From a virus, in IMG/VR virus record IMGVR_UViG_3300035663_000001, positions 32,001 to 96,000 of that record: a stretch of 64,000 nt of DNA. The stretch is one strand, 5' to 3'. The position numbers and the translations under genes are program-made. Under the pieces are notes generated by a model that worked only from the letters and a program-made list of their open reading frames with translations, searched no databases and was not told where the DNA came from. This document shows, piece by piece, positions 1 to 8,587 of this stretch. Every line of letters starts with the position of its first letter. The stretch's first letter is position 1.

Positions 1-61
1 CGCTGGTATTGGTCCTGGTCAGTCTGGTACTGACGCGTGTGTTCTTGTGGTGTCTGGATTA

Positions 62-255
62 AGACACTTAAATGATGGGGTGAAGGTCAGGCATCTCTAG
101 CTTAGTAGAGACCGTGGTTGTCTAGTAGGTTGCTTGGTGCTACGGGTGAGCCCTAGAGTAATCTAGGAAGTAGCGTCCATTCATACTACCGAATCAATCA
201 AAACCTAATTAAGAGCCAGCTCACCATGATTCTTCACCTCATCATTTAAGTGTCT
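62..255 (+). ncRNA. Putative structured RNA closed by a 24-bp stem
   Basis: 62-85 AGACACTTAAATGATGGGGTGAAG pairs with 232-255 CTTCACCTCATCATTTAAGTGTCT (one G-U); internal hairpins; intergenic. Confidence 0.55.
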
Positions 256-275
256 AACTTCTGAAGGAGAGACGC

Positions 276-689
276 ATGAGTCTGCGACAGTTTTCTGACA
301 TGTTGGGTCAAGTGATGGTCTCGGTGGAGACCGTCCGTGCCATCGGCATGGATGGAAAGGAGTATCATCTCGAGATGAACTTTGTGGACGAAAATGGAAC
401 ACAATATCGTTTCTACCATGAACAAGATTGTTGTGAGGGGGTGTGGATTCAAGACATCTGTGGAGACTTGTCTGATTTAGTTGGATCTCCGCTGCTGCAA
501 GCAGAAGAGGTCTCATCAGATGTAGATGAGAATGAGTTGGAAGTAGAGCTGTCGGATCCTGATAATGGCAGTAATTGGACTTTCTACAAGTTTGGGACGG
601 AGAAGGGGAGTGTGACGGTTCGTTGGTTGGGGGAGGGTAATGGAAATTATTCATTAGATGTCGATTACCAACGAATCGAGCGAGTGTAA
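276..689 (+). CDS. Conserved phage-type hypothetical protein (HEQDCCE motif)
   Basis: SD AAGGAG upstream; motifs HxQDCCE, WTFY and VRWLGEGNGxYS. Confidence 0.8.
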   Translation: MSLRQFSDMLGQVMVSVETVRAIGMDGKEYHLEMNFVDENGTQYRFYHEQDCCEGVWIQDICGDLSDLVGSPLLQAEEVSSDVDENELEVELSDPDNGSNWTFYKFGTEKGSVTVRWLGEGNGNYSLDVDYQRIERV

Positions 690-755
690 ATGTTGATCCA
701 TTCGATTCTCCATCGACTCCAGTCTCAGGTGAGTGCTGCCACGGAGAAGAGTGAT

Positions 756-980
756 ATGTCTAAGACTTGGCAACAGATTGCGGAGACCTATCGACACGAG
801 CGCGATGCGGCGATTCGAGAGCGGGAAACTCTGCGAGCCAGTCGAGATGCTTGGAATGCGTCAGCTTTGGACTGGCAGTCGCGTTGTCTTCGACTCCAGA
901 CAGAGTTAGAGAAACATGGACTTCCAATCCCAGAAGATGTGTCAATTACCACCAGCACAAGGCTGGCGGCTTGTAAGTAG
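756..980 (+). CDS. Small coiled-coil protein, paralog of 1207-1464
   Basis: GGAG upstream of ATG 756; shares IAxTYRxERxxAI...WQxR...LExHGxPxPED with next gene. Confidence 0.7.
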   Translation: MSKTWQQIAETYRHERDAAIRERETLRASRDAWNASALDWQSRCLRLQTELEKHGLPIPEDVSITTSTRLAACK

Positions 981-999
981 TATCTCTACTCCTACAATA

Positions 1000-1199
1000 G
1001 GCTGATTGACTTCAGCCCTGTTAACTAACATATAGTTAAGTTAACATTCAACTCTAAGATTAGGTTGAATCTACTAAGTCTAGTATCGAGTATTAATCGA
1101 TATGACTTGTGATAATATTTATATCACCTAATATAGAAGTTTCACTTAAAAAGGAGAGGCAATTCCTCCCGCAGCACGAGGCTGTGGGTGTCCTTGCCT
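1000..1199 (+). mobile_element. Possible non-autonomous IS200/IS605-type remnant (end hairpin)
   Basis: AAAGGAGAGGCAATTCCTCCCGCAGCACGAGGCTGTGGGTGTCCTTGCCT (about 1150-1199) resembles IS200/IS605 right-end hairpins; no transposase ORF. Confidence 0.4.
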
Positions 1200-1206
1200 A
1201 AAAATC

Positions 1207-1464
1207 ATGAAAATCAAGTCGACACGAAAACCGGCAGCTAAGAAGAAGGCAAACGTCAAGAAGTCGGCGCAGAAGCTGGCGGAGGATAATGCTCGATTAA
1301 TCGAGGCGCTGCAAAATATTGCTGATACCTATCGTCAGGAGAGGAATGAAGCGATTGTCAATCGGAATGAATGGCGGCACAATGCCTATGAATGGCAGAT
1401 GCGTTTCATCAAACTCAAGAACCTCTTGGAAGAGCATGGCATTCCGATGCCGGAGGATCTGTGA
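1207..1464 (+). CDS. Small basic/coiled-coil protein, paralog of 756-980
   Basis: ORF plus paralogy. Confidence 0.75.
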   Translation: MKIKSTRKPAAKKKANVKKSAQKLAEDNARLIEALQNIADTYRQERNEAIVNRNEWRHNAYEWQMRFIKLKNLLEEHGIPMPEDL

Positions 1465-1790
1465 ATAAGCGGAAGCGTCAGAGTTTTTCTGGGGAAGCAA
1501 AATACGAAGAGTTAGTTCGCCGACTGAGAGGCATGATCTCGGGTCTACAAGAAGTGGGAGTTTTATCGAACAAAGATAAACCAGCCATTGAGGATTTTTA
1601 TCTAGATCCAAAACTGATGGAGGTGGATCCAGATAAGGTTGGACTGAAAATTTATTTCGGTCAATATGGGTGGTACACTACTCGTCAACTTCGGCTGATC
1701 GCTGGTGTCTTGATGGATATGGCGGATCTGTTGGATTATGCACGACAGCATAAGAATCTGTCCGAGAGACACCTATCAGGGCCTGGGTAA
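1461..1790 (+). CDS. Hypothetical protein
   Basis: GTGA start/stop overlap with previous gene; GGAGG upstream. Confidence 0.65.
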   Translation: MNKRKRQSFSGEAKYEELVRRLRGMISGLQEVGVLSNKDKPAIEDFYLDPKLMEVDPDKVGLKIYFGQYGWYTTRQLRLIAGVLMDMADLLDYARQHKNLSERHLSGPG

Positions 1791-1810
1791 AAACTTATGG
1801 GAGCGAGCAC

Positions 1811-2095
1811 ATGCAGGATGATGTCTGGAAGTGTCATCTAGAAGGCAATGCGTTATTGTGGAGTTACCAAGTAACGCATGCTGACTTTTTTGCCATCTGG
1901 GATTGTGGAGCGGAGACATTGGCAGATCATGCCATGCATAAGCTGTTACGCAGTGGTCATTGTCGATCGGTGTTGGTGGAGAAGTTGTCGACAGATTCTC
2001 CGGTGGAGATGCATGTGTTCCGCTATCTCGAGGGGAAAGTGGTCTTTTCTGGAATCTTTCAGTTTCGTTTGACTTTTCGAGCCACACTGTGTTAG
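1811..2095 (+). CDS. Hypothetical protein
   Basis: ORF with GGAG upstream. Confidence 0.55.
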   Translation: MQDDVWKCHLEGNALLWSYQVTHADFFAIWDCGAETLADHAMHKLLRSGHCRSVLVEKLSTDSPVEMHVFRYLEGKVVFSGIFQFRLTFRATLC

Positions 2096-2108
2096 ACAGT
2101 TGGGTCCA

Positions 2109-2177
2109 TGGAATGGGCGTGTTACTGCGCCACTGAGAAGCTATTTAGCGAAAGAAGTGCGAATCTTCTTCATTCCA
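2109..2177 (+). ncRNA. Four-way-junction RNA motif, copy A
   Basis: Shares 29 identical nt and compensatory stems with 7755-7825. Confidence 0.6.
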
Positions 2178-2501
2178 CTGGCTTGGCAACGAGCCGCCAT
2201 TTTGGAACCTGGTGCAGATCCGTGCACCAGGTTGAAGCGAGATACTTTGGTTATTCTGGTGTGGAGAGAATTCAGCGTGGGCACACGTCTGACTCCCTCT
2301 GGAAGAAGCTAAAGCTATGATCGAGGGTGTAATTTAATGGGAAACTATTTAGTTACACTTACGATCATGAGTGATAGTATTAAATCATGGTGACATGATT
2401 TGATTGGATATCATTTATTTCTCTTCACCTCTCTATCCTATGCTCTTGGCCAGGAGACGCAGATCCCCGGCTGCACTAGGTTCCAAACTTTTGGTGTGAT
2501 C

Positions 2502-3917
2502 ATGACCAACGACATCCAGCGGAAGAAAAAAGCTGTCTCTACTCAGCCAGTGATGGAAGTAGATACAGATGGTAATAAATTTTGGAAGTTGAATGGTCAA
2601 TGGCATCGAGAAGATGGTCCAGCGGTAGAATATGCTGATGGAGATAAACAATGGTGGCTTCATGATAAAAAATACACTCAAGCCGGGTGGAAGAAGAAAG
2701 TCGCTGCCATGAAGAAGAAAGCCGTCTCTACTTCTGTTTCAACTCCGAAGGTTGATGCTACTCAACCCGTGATGGAAGTAGATAAAGATGGAACTAAGCG
2801 ATGGAAGTTGAACGGTCAATTCCATCGAGAAGATGGACCAGCAGTAGTTTATGCTGATGGCCACAAAGAATGGTGGGTTCATGGCCAACGGCATCGAGAA
2901 GATGGCCCGGCCATAGAATGGCCTAATGGAGATAAATGGTGGTATCTTCACGGTCAACTCCATCGACCGGATGGTCCAGCAATAGAAAGGGCTGATGGAA
3001 GTAAAGAGTGGTGGCTTCATGGAAAAAACCATCGAGAAGATGGACCAGCGGTAGAATGGCCTCATGGTCGTAAAGATTGGGTTCTTCACGGAGAAATACT
3101 CACTCCAACCGAGTGGCAACAAAAAGTTGCGGCCATGAAGAAGAAAGCAGCCTCTACTTCAACTCCTGCTCCCAAGGTTGAGTCTACTCAACCGGTGATG
3201 GAAGTAGATAAATATGGAACTAAGATCTGGAAGTTGAATGGTCAGTTCCATCGAGAAGATGGTCCAGCAGTAGAATATACTAATGGAGATAAATTTTGGT
3301 ATTTACATGACAAATGTCATCGAGAAGATGGTCCAGCATTAGAATATGCTAATGGAACTAAAGTTTGGTGGATTCACGGAGAGATACTCACTCAAACCGA
3401 GTGGCAACAAAAAGTTGCGGCCATGAAGAAGAAAGCCGAATCTACTTCTCCTCCCAAGGTGACGACATCTCCCTCGATGATGGATCATATCAAGTCGGAT
3501 CTGTCTCAAGGGACTTTCCGAGTCGCGGCTAAGACCATTCCCAAAACCGCTCGCACGGCCCTGTTGGCTTTCTTGAAAGCCAAGAAGGCACCCAAGCATT
3601 GGTTGGTGACGGCTCAGGAAGTGATGGCCACCGAGTATGGGTTAGCCATGATTCAACAAGCTTTGGCGTGGGCTTTTCGTTATCTTCCCTCATTGCGGGA
3701 AGATGTACGTGCGCAAGCGTTAGCCAATGAATGGGCGATTGATTCTTTGGCAGTGGTAGGAAATGAAGTGATTAATGAGGGGATGGCAGTTTTGTCTCCT
3801 ATTATCGCTCAAGTGATGGAGCTTCCTGCTCCTCAAAACATTCGAGTAGTTTCTGTTTCTCAGGAGAATCTGGAGGAGACGGAAGAAGAAACAAGCGCCA
3901 AGCGGGCAGTTGCATAA
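2502..3917 (+). CDS. HREDGPA-repeat protein, long class with shared C-terminal domain
   Basis: Three QPVMEVD-led repeat modules plus SDLSQGTFRVAAK domain; start set at ATG 2502. Confidence 0.9.
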   Translation: MTNDIQRKKKAVSTQPVMEVDTDGNKFWKLNGQWHREDGPAVEYADGDKQWWLHDKKYTQAGWKKKVAAMKKKAVSTSVSTPKVDATQPVMEVDKDGTKRWKLNGQFHREDGPAVVYADGHKEWWVHGQRHREDGPAIEWPNGDKWWYLHGQLHRPDGPAIERADGSKEWWLHGKNHREDGPAVEWPHGRKDWVLHGEILTPTEWQQKVAAMKKKAASTSTPAPKVESTQPVMEVDKYGTKIWKLNGQFHREDGPAVEYTNGDKFWYLHDKCHREDGPALEYANGTKVWWIHGEILTQTEWQQKVAAMKKKAESTSPPKVTTSPSMMDHIKSDLSQGTFRVAAKTIPKTARTALLAFLKAKKAPKHWLVTAQEVMATEYGLAMIQQALAWAFRYLPSLREDVRAQALANEWAIDSLAVVGNEVINEGMAVLSPIIAQVMELPAPQNIRVVSVSQENLEETEEETSAKRAVA

Positions 3918-3953
3918 TCTGCCCGGTTCGGTCTGGTAGGTTACCATATACCA

Positions 3954-4028
3954 GGACGAAACCCGTTCTGACTGGCCACCATTCCTGGTCAGAGCGGGTC
4001 CAACCGTGAAGCGGTTGCTGATGAGTCC
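3954..4028 (+). ncRNA. Type II hammerhead ribozyme
   Basis: GGAC-GAAA-stem III-GUC-stem I (CAACCG/CGGTTG)-CUGAUGA-GUCC; complete canonical core, cleavage predicted after C4000. Confidence 0.9.
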
Positions 4029-4040
4029 AAGGAGTAAGGG

Positions 4041-4250
4041 ATGAATATATTTCCTGGGGATCCAGTTCAGGTTAATAAAGTCTGGGCTAGTAGTGAAAGT
4101 GGTGTGTATCGCAGTTGGGTGTCAGGTTACCAATGGGTGCGCCAAGATGGCAATTGTGCCATTGTCTCGCCTCAAACTGGAACCTATCAATTTCAAGAGG
4201 TGCGCTATCCGTTAGCGGATGTGCGACCAGATACGGGTCATCATGGGTAA
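4041..4250 (+). CDS. Hypothetical protein
   Basis: SD AAGGAG; overlaps next start. Confidence 0.7.
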   Translation: MNIFPGDPVQVNKVWASSESGVYRSWVSGYQWVRQDGNCAIVSPQTGTYQFQEVRYPLADVRPDTGHHG

Positions 4251-4431
4251 GTCATTTCGAGAAGAGTTTTCCGAGAAAGAATTTCGTCGTCAACGTTTCG
4301 AGAAGCGAAAGCGTCGTCAATCGGAGGATTGGGATTCCGACTGGGAGCCCAAGAATCTGGTCATTCGTCCCGAAGAGTACTGCACTTGTTATGGTCGAGG
4401 CAAGCATCGACCCGGACCCAGGTGTGAGTAA
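4243..4431 (+). CDS. Small basic hypothetical protein
   Basis: Overlapping start/stop with both neighbours. Confidence 0.6.
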   Translation: MGKSFREEFSEKEFRRQRFEKRKRRQSEDWDSDWEPKNLVIRPEEYCTCYGRGKHRPGPRCE

Positions 4432-4709
4432 TGGCTAAGCTTTCCGCTCGGAATCGCCAAGAACTGGCTCGCTTTTCCAAAGAATACCATTCTGGTCTCA
4501 ATAACCAAGTGGTCTGGGCTCGGACCACTTACGCCTACATGTCGGATAATCGTTTACTACGGAAGCGAGATGTCCGATTTGCGCCGAATGAGAATTTGGG
4601 GGAAAAGGAACCGGTGAGTCACAGTTATGGGTGGAAAGAGGATCGGGTGGGAGTCAGTTTGGAGGCAGTGAGAACGGAGTTGCTGGCGCAAGGTTTTACG
4701 GAAGTATGA
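4431..4709 (+). CDS. Hypothetical protein, paralog of 4706-5077
   Basis: Shared HSYGWK...GFxEV ending. Confidence 0.7.
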   Translation: MAKLSARNRQELARFSKEYHSGLNNQVVWARTTYAYMSDNRLLRKRDVRFAPNENLGEKEPVSHSYGWKEDRVGVSLEAVRTELLAQGFTEV

Positions 4710-5077
4710 GTCAGCGAACGGTGGTGGCGCTCTTTGTTAGATCACGAATCATACCTCGGACCACTGATCTGGAGGATGTGGCGGAAGATGAGTACATGAG
4801 TGAGCGAATTGCTTATCTCTGTTGGTCAGACGAGACGGTGTCTCGAAGGAGAGAGGTTCAGTATCGGCTCCATCGCAAGTTTTACAGTAACGTGAGTGAG
4901 GAGTTGAAGATCAATCCTCCGGAAGAGACTTGTTTTCATTCTTATGGGTGGAAGCATCTGGGTCTGACAACGGGTGTCAACGCGATGCGTTATAAGTTGA
5001 TTTCGGAAGGTTTTGTGGAAGTTCCGGTGGACCATGTGTTTGGCTATTGTTTTGAGTCTTCTGGATTCAAAATTTAG
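4706..5077 (+). CDS. Hypothetical protein, paralog of 4431-4709
   Basis: ATGA overlap; HSYGWK motif. Confidence 0.7.
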   Translation: MSQRTVVALFVRSRIIPRTTDLEDVAEDEYMSERIAYLCWSDETVSRRREVQYRLHRKFYSNVSEELKINPPEETCFHSYGWKHLGLTTGVNAMRYKLISEGFVEVPVDHVFGYCFESSGFKI

Positions 5078-5095
5078 TGTAAAAAGGATTGTGTC

Positions 5096-5287
5096 ATGAG
5101 TGAATCGAATTTTCTCGAGTCAGTGATCAACACGGTATTTTCTGATGATGGGGTTATCAGTGAATTCTCTGATGATCTGTATTATCAATTGGATAATACT
5201 TCTTTTCCGAAGAGCCGATTTCGGACACGTTTGAATCTATCTGATTCGCCCCACTTTACTTACAAGTTTCGGACTCGACACCGATGA
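5096..5287 (+). CDS. Hypothetical protein
   Basis: AAGGA upstream; ATGA overlap downstream. Confidence 0.55.
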   Translation: MSESNFLESVINTVFSDDGVISEFSDDLYYQLDNTSFPKSRFRTRLNLSDSPHFTYKFRTRHR

Positions 5288-5700
5288 GATTAAACTCAAA
5301 ACTGATGATGCAGTTGTTACATGGAGCGTTGGAATATTGGGGATATGAAGAAGAGAATGGCAAGTATTCTCAACTTCGTTCCTATTCTGGGCGCTGCATG
5401 TATGGCAAAAACTGCATTGGGGTGGTATTGTCGAATGAGGGACCTTTTGAATTGGGGGTGATGTTGGGCTCTCAATTGGTCCAGCTGGGATTCACGATGG
5501 GTCTCTCCTCTTATCAGACGAAGTGTTTGATGAGCGATCTCTGCGAGATCCGGGTTCGACAAGATTCGATGGGGATGGATACCATCATCTATTTTCCAGA
5601 GTTGGAATGGCTTCCCGAGTTTGAAGAAGAATTCAGGGCTGATGAAGACGAAGACGAAGAGGAAGACGAAGACGAAGAGGAGCCAACCACGGTTTCATAG
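5284..5700 (+). CDS. Phage-type hypothetical protein with acidic tail
   Basis: YSGRxMYGxxC and DSMGxxxIIYFP motifs. Confidence 0.75.
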   Translation: MRLNSKLMMQLLHGALEYWGYEEENGKYSQLRSYSGRCMYGKNCIGVVLSNEGPFELGVMLGSQLVQLGFTMGLSSYQTKCLMSDLCEIRVRQDSMGMDTIIYFPELEWLPEFEEEFRADEDEDEEEDEDEEEPTTVS

Positions 5701-5711
5701 GGAAAAAGCAG

Positions 5712-6017
5712 ATGTCTATTTATTCACTGACTATGATTCAGAGTCAGCCAGGAACGGATGATATTTTTCGTGTCGTTCAGCCTGATGGAGTTATCGAGTA
5801 TAAACTCTGTAATGGCCGTGGACTTCTTCACAGACTGGATGGTCCGGCTATGGAATGTCCTAATGGGACCAAGATTTGGTACTATTATGGTCAAAAACAC
5901 AGATTCGATGGTCCGGCCATCGAATTGCCTAATGGAACTAGAGAATTTTTCATTAGGGACGAAGAATATTCAGAGTCAGACTATTGGGCAGCAATCAACG
6001 AGGAACTCAATCTTTAA
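5712..6017 (+). CDS. Divergent HRxDGPA-repeat protein
   Basis: HRLDGPA and HRFDGPA repeats. Confidence 0.8.
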   Translation: MSIYSLTMIQSQPGTDDIFRVVQPDGVIEYKLCNGRGLLHRLDGPAMECPNGTKIWYYYGQKHRFDGPAIELPNGTREFFIRDEEYSESDYWAAINEELNL

Positions 6018-6038
6018 CCATCATTCACAGGAGCAAAT

Positions 6039-6278
6039 ATGAACAAGGGTAAGATGTATCAGGACAGCATGGATAGCACTCGGGTGGTTCAGCCTCGACA
6101 GGATGTCGGGCGGGTGAAGGTGTGTGGGATTTTCTGGAAGGAGAAGGGAGGATTGGTTTATGGAGGGGAGGCAGAGATTCCGGCCCATCTCTTTTCTTTG
6201 GAGGAGGATCCCAAGTTCCAGGGGCGATTGGGGCACATTGGTTTCGTGCCTTATGTGGGTGAAGCCAAGGTCTCGTAA
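6039..6278 (+). CDS. Hypothetical protein
   Basis: SD AGGAG. Confidence 0.65.
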   Translation: MNKGKMYQDSMDSTRVVQPRQDVGRVKVCGIFWKEKGGLVYGGEAEIPAHLFSLEEDPKFQGRLGHIGFVPYVGEAKVS

Positions 6279-6290
6279 CTAGAAACTTAC

Positions 6291-6450
6291 ATCAGAATGT
6301 TATATTCTTAATCGGGGGTGACTATCTTGTTAGTGGGAACGTAGGTGACCCAGGGTAGTCAGTAGCATTCTGATAGTTCCTTAATGATCCGGGTGAAAAG
6401 ACTCATTAAGGAATGGCTTAAGGCTCATACTTGCAGATGAGCCTTAAGTT
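6291..6450 (+). ncRNA. Structured leader with three long hairpins before tRNA-Lys
   Basis: Stems 6291-6302/6363-6374, 6377-6387/6403-6413 and 6415-6428/6437-6450. Confidence 0.45.
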
Positions 6451-6452
6451 TT

Positions 6453-6525
6453 GGGTCCATAGCTTAATTGGTAGAGCAGCAGACTTTTAATCTGTCGGTT
6501 GAGAGTTCGATTCTCTCTGGACCCA
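6453..6525 (+). tRNA. trnK: tRNA-Lys (anticodon UUU)
   Basis: Cloverleaf: acceptor GGGTCCA/TGGACCC, anticodon loop CTTTTAA, T loop TTCGATT; CCA not encoded. Confidence 0.95.
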
Positions 6526-6546
6526 CCTAAACATGTGTCGAATAAT

Positions 6547-7410
6547 ATGAAGAAAACCATCGCCGCCAAAAAATCTTCTCTTAAGAAGCCGATTGCTAAC
6601 CAGAGGCCGTTGAAAAAAGGCTTAACCTCTTCTTCTAAAAAGAAGGTTGAGTCTACTGTTCCTGTGATGGAAGTAGATACAGCTGGTAATAAGTATTGGA
6701 TTTTAAATAGAAAATTGCATCGAATAGATGGTCCGGCCATAGAATTTATTTCTGGAACTAAAAGGTGGTATCTACAAGATATCTCTTATACTGAAGCTGA
6801 GTGGAAGAAGAAAGTAGCTGCCATGAAAAAGAAAGCTGCGTCTACCTCTGCCTCTACTCCGAAGGTTGATGCTACTCAACCAGTGATGTACGACCCCAAA
6901 TTCTTGAATGGTAAACTTCATCGAGAAGATGAGCCAGCAGTGGCCCAATCAACCTCGGTTAGTGACCATCTTAAATCAGATTTGTCTCAAGGGACTTTCC
7001 GAGTCGCTGCCAAAACTATTCCCAAAACCGCTCGCACCGCTTTGCTCGCCTTCTTGAAGGCTAAGAAAGTGAAGAAGAGCTGGCTCATTTCCGCTGAAGA
7101 GATGATGTCCACCGAATGGGGTTTAGCCTTTATTCAACAGGTGTTAGCTTGGAGTTTTAGGTCTTTGCCTCAACTGAAGGAAGACCCGAGAGCGACAGCT
7201 TTAGCTGATGAATGGGCGATTGATAGTATTGCGGTCATTGGCAATGAAGTAATATCAGAAGCTATGACATTTATCAATCCTATACTGACTCAAGTGCTGA
7301 CAGTAGAAACTCCGGTTAGGATTGCTGCTAGGCAGCTTGAGAGTCAACAGGTAGAGGATCTGAGAGATCACGTGGAAGACAATCATTTTGCGAGAGAGGC
7401 GACCGTATGA
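6547..7410 (+). CDS. HREDGPA-repeat protein, long class (repeat region reduced)
   Basis: One intact and one degenerate repeat plus shared C-terminal domain. Confidence 0.85.
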   Translation: MKKTIAAKKSSLKKPIANQRPLKKGLTSSSKKKVESTVPVMEVDTAGNKYWILNRKLHRIDGPAIEFISGTKRWYLQDISYTEAEWKKKVAAMKKKAASTSASTPKVDATQPVMYDPKFLNGKLHREDEPAVAQSTSVSDHLKSDLSQGTFRVAAKTIPKTARTALLAFLKAKKVKKSWLISAEEMMSTEWGLAFIQQVLAWSFRSLPQLKEDPRATALADEWAIDSIAVIGNEVISEAMTFINPILTQVLTVETPVRIAARQLESQQVEDLRDHVEDNHFAREATV

Positions 7411-7748
7411 GGTATCAGATTCCGATTGGTAGTTCTCCGTGGGGAGAGGAGTGTGTGCAAACGATTGAGGCCGATTACTCTTCTCGTGCACGACAGGAGT
7501 GTCAGGTATTTGCCTCTCAATTGAAGAGGCATTACCGAGAGAAAATGGGGCAAGATTTGCCGCAGAGTGTTCGACTCAAAGTGAAGGGTTCGCCGCATGA
7601 CTTTACCACTTACTATGAAGTGTATGCGGAATGTTCAGAATCTGATGAAGAGGGGATGGAAGCTCTCTTTGAGTTAGAGAATAACAGTCCAGAAAAGTGG
7701 GATGAGTTGGCCTTGGCCGAACTGAGAGTCAATCGGCTTAATTCTTGA
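7407..7748 (+). CDS. Phage-type hypothetical protein
   Basis: ATGA overlap; IGSSPxxExCVQ and HDFxxYYEV motifs. Confidence 0.75.
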   Translation: MRYQIPIGSSPWGEECVQTIEADYSSRARQECQVFASQLKRHYREKMGQDLPQSVRLKVKGSPHDFTTYYEVYAECSESDEEGMEALFELENNSPEKWDELALAELRVNRLNS

Positions 7749-7754
7749 TATAAA

Positions 7755-7825
7755 TAGAATGGGTGTCTTGACACCGCCTAGAAGCTCGCTTGAGAGCGAA
7801 AGAAGTGCGAATCTTCTTCATTCTA
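7755..7825 (+). ncRNA. Four-way-junction RNA motif, copy B
   Basis: See 2109-2177; fully intergenic. Confidence 0.6.
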
Positions 7826-7857
7826 CCAGTGGATCAACCAATAGATAAGGATCTGCT

Positions 7858-8586
7858 ATGAAACTGTTATTAGTGAGTGATTTACATACTGAATTCCAGG
7901 CAGATCAGGGGGCCTCCTTAGTTTCTTCCTTACCTACGGGCGACCAGGTAGACGTCTGTGTGTTAGCCGGAGATATTACGACTCGTAGTATCATGGAGAA
8001 GACGTTAGGATTTTTTGCGGATCGATATTCGCAAGTCCTGTATGTTCATGGAAACCATGAGTTTTATGGTTCTACCCGAGCGCAATTACTGAATGAAACT
8101 CAACGAGTGGTAGATTTGCATAGCAATCTCCACTGGTTAGATAATTCGGTGGTCGAGCTAGAAAGAGTGAGATTTCTTGGGACTCCGATGTGGTATGTGG
8201 ATCATCCGACCAATGCGAGGTATTACTCGAACATGGGAGATTTTCTTCACATTACGGGGTTAGCCTCCTGGGTCTATCAGGAGAACGAGAAGGCGTTGAA
8301 TTTTTTTCAACGAGAGATGAAGGAAGGTGATGTGGTGATTACGCATTACTTACCGAGTCATCGTTCGGTGTTGAAGGAATTCAAGAATAGTCCTCTGAAT
8401 CGGTTTTTTGTGTGTGAGCAAGAGCCATTGATTCGAGAGAGGAAGCCACGATACTGGTTACATGGACATACCCATGGGTCTTTCCATTATCAGATTGGGG
8501 AGACGGAGGTAGTTTGCAATCCATTTGGAGTGGCCCGATTTGGGGAGAACGCCAAGTTTGACTGGTCTAAGGTGTTAGAGATTTAA
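7858..8586 (+). CDS. Calcineurin-like metallophosphoesterase
   Basis: Motifs SDLH, AGD, GNHE, TH and HGHTH. Confidence 0.92.
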   Translation: MKLLLVSDLHTEFQADQGASLVSSLPTGDQVDVCVLAGDITTRSIMEKTLGFFADRYSQVLYVHGNHEFYGSTRAQLLNETQRVVDLHSNLHWLDNSVVELERVRFLGTPMWYVDHPTNARYYSNMGDFLHITGLASWVYQENEKALNFFQREMKEGDVVITHYLPSHRSVLKEFKNSPLNRFFVCEQEPLIRERKPRYWLHGHTHGSFHYQIGETEVVCNPFGVARFGENAKFDWSKVLEI

Positions 8587-8587
8587 G

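Noticed and set aside
2109-2177. Calling the two-copy four-way motif a hammerhead ribozyme
   Set aside because: The core reads CTGAGAA or CCTAGAA instead of CUGANGA and has an extra hairpin; kept as an unknown motif.
6499-6546. Extended N-terminus of ORF 6499-7410
   Set aside because: It overlaps tRNA-Lys; ATG 6547 matches the MKKT start of paralog 13833.
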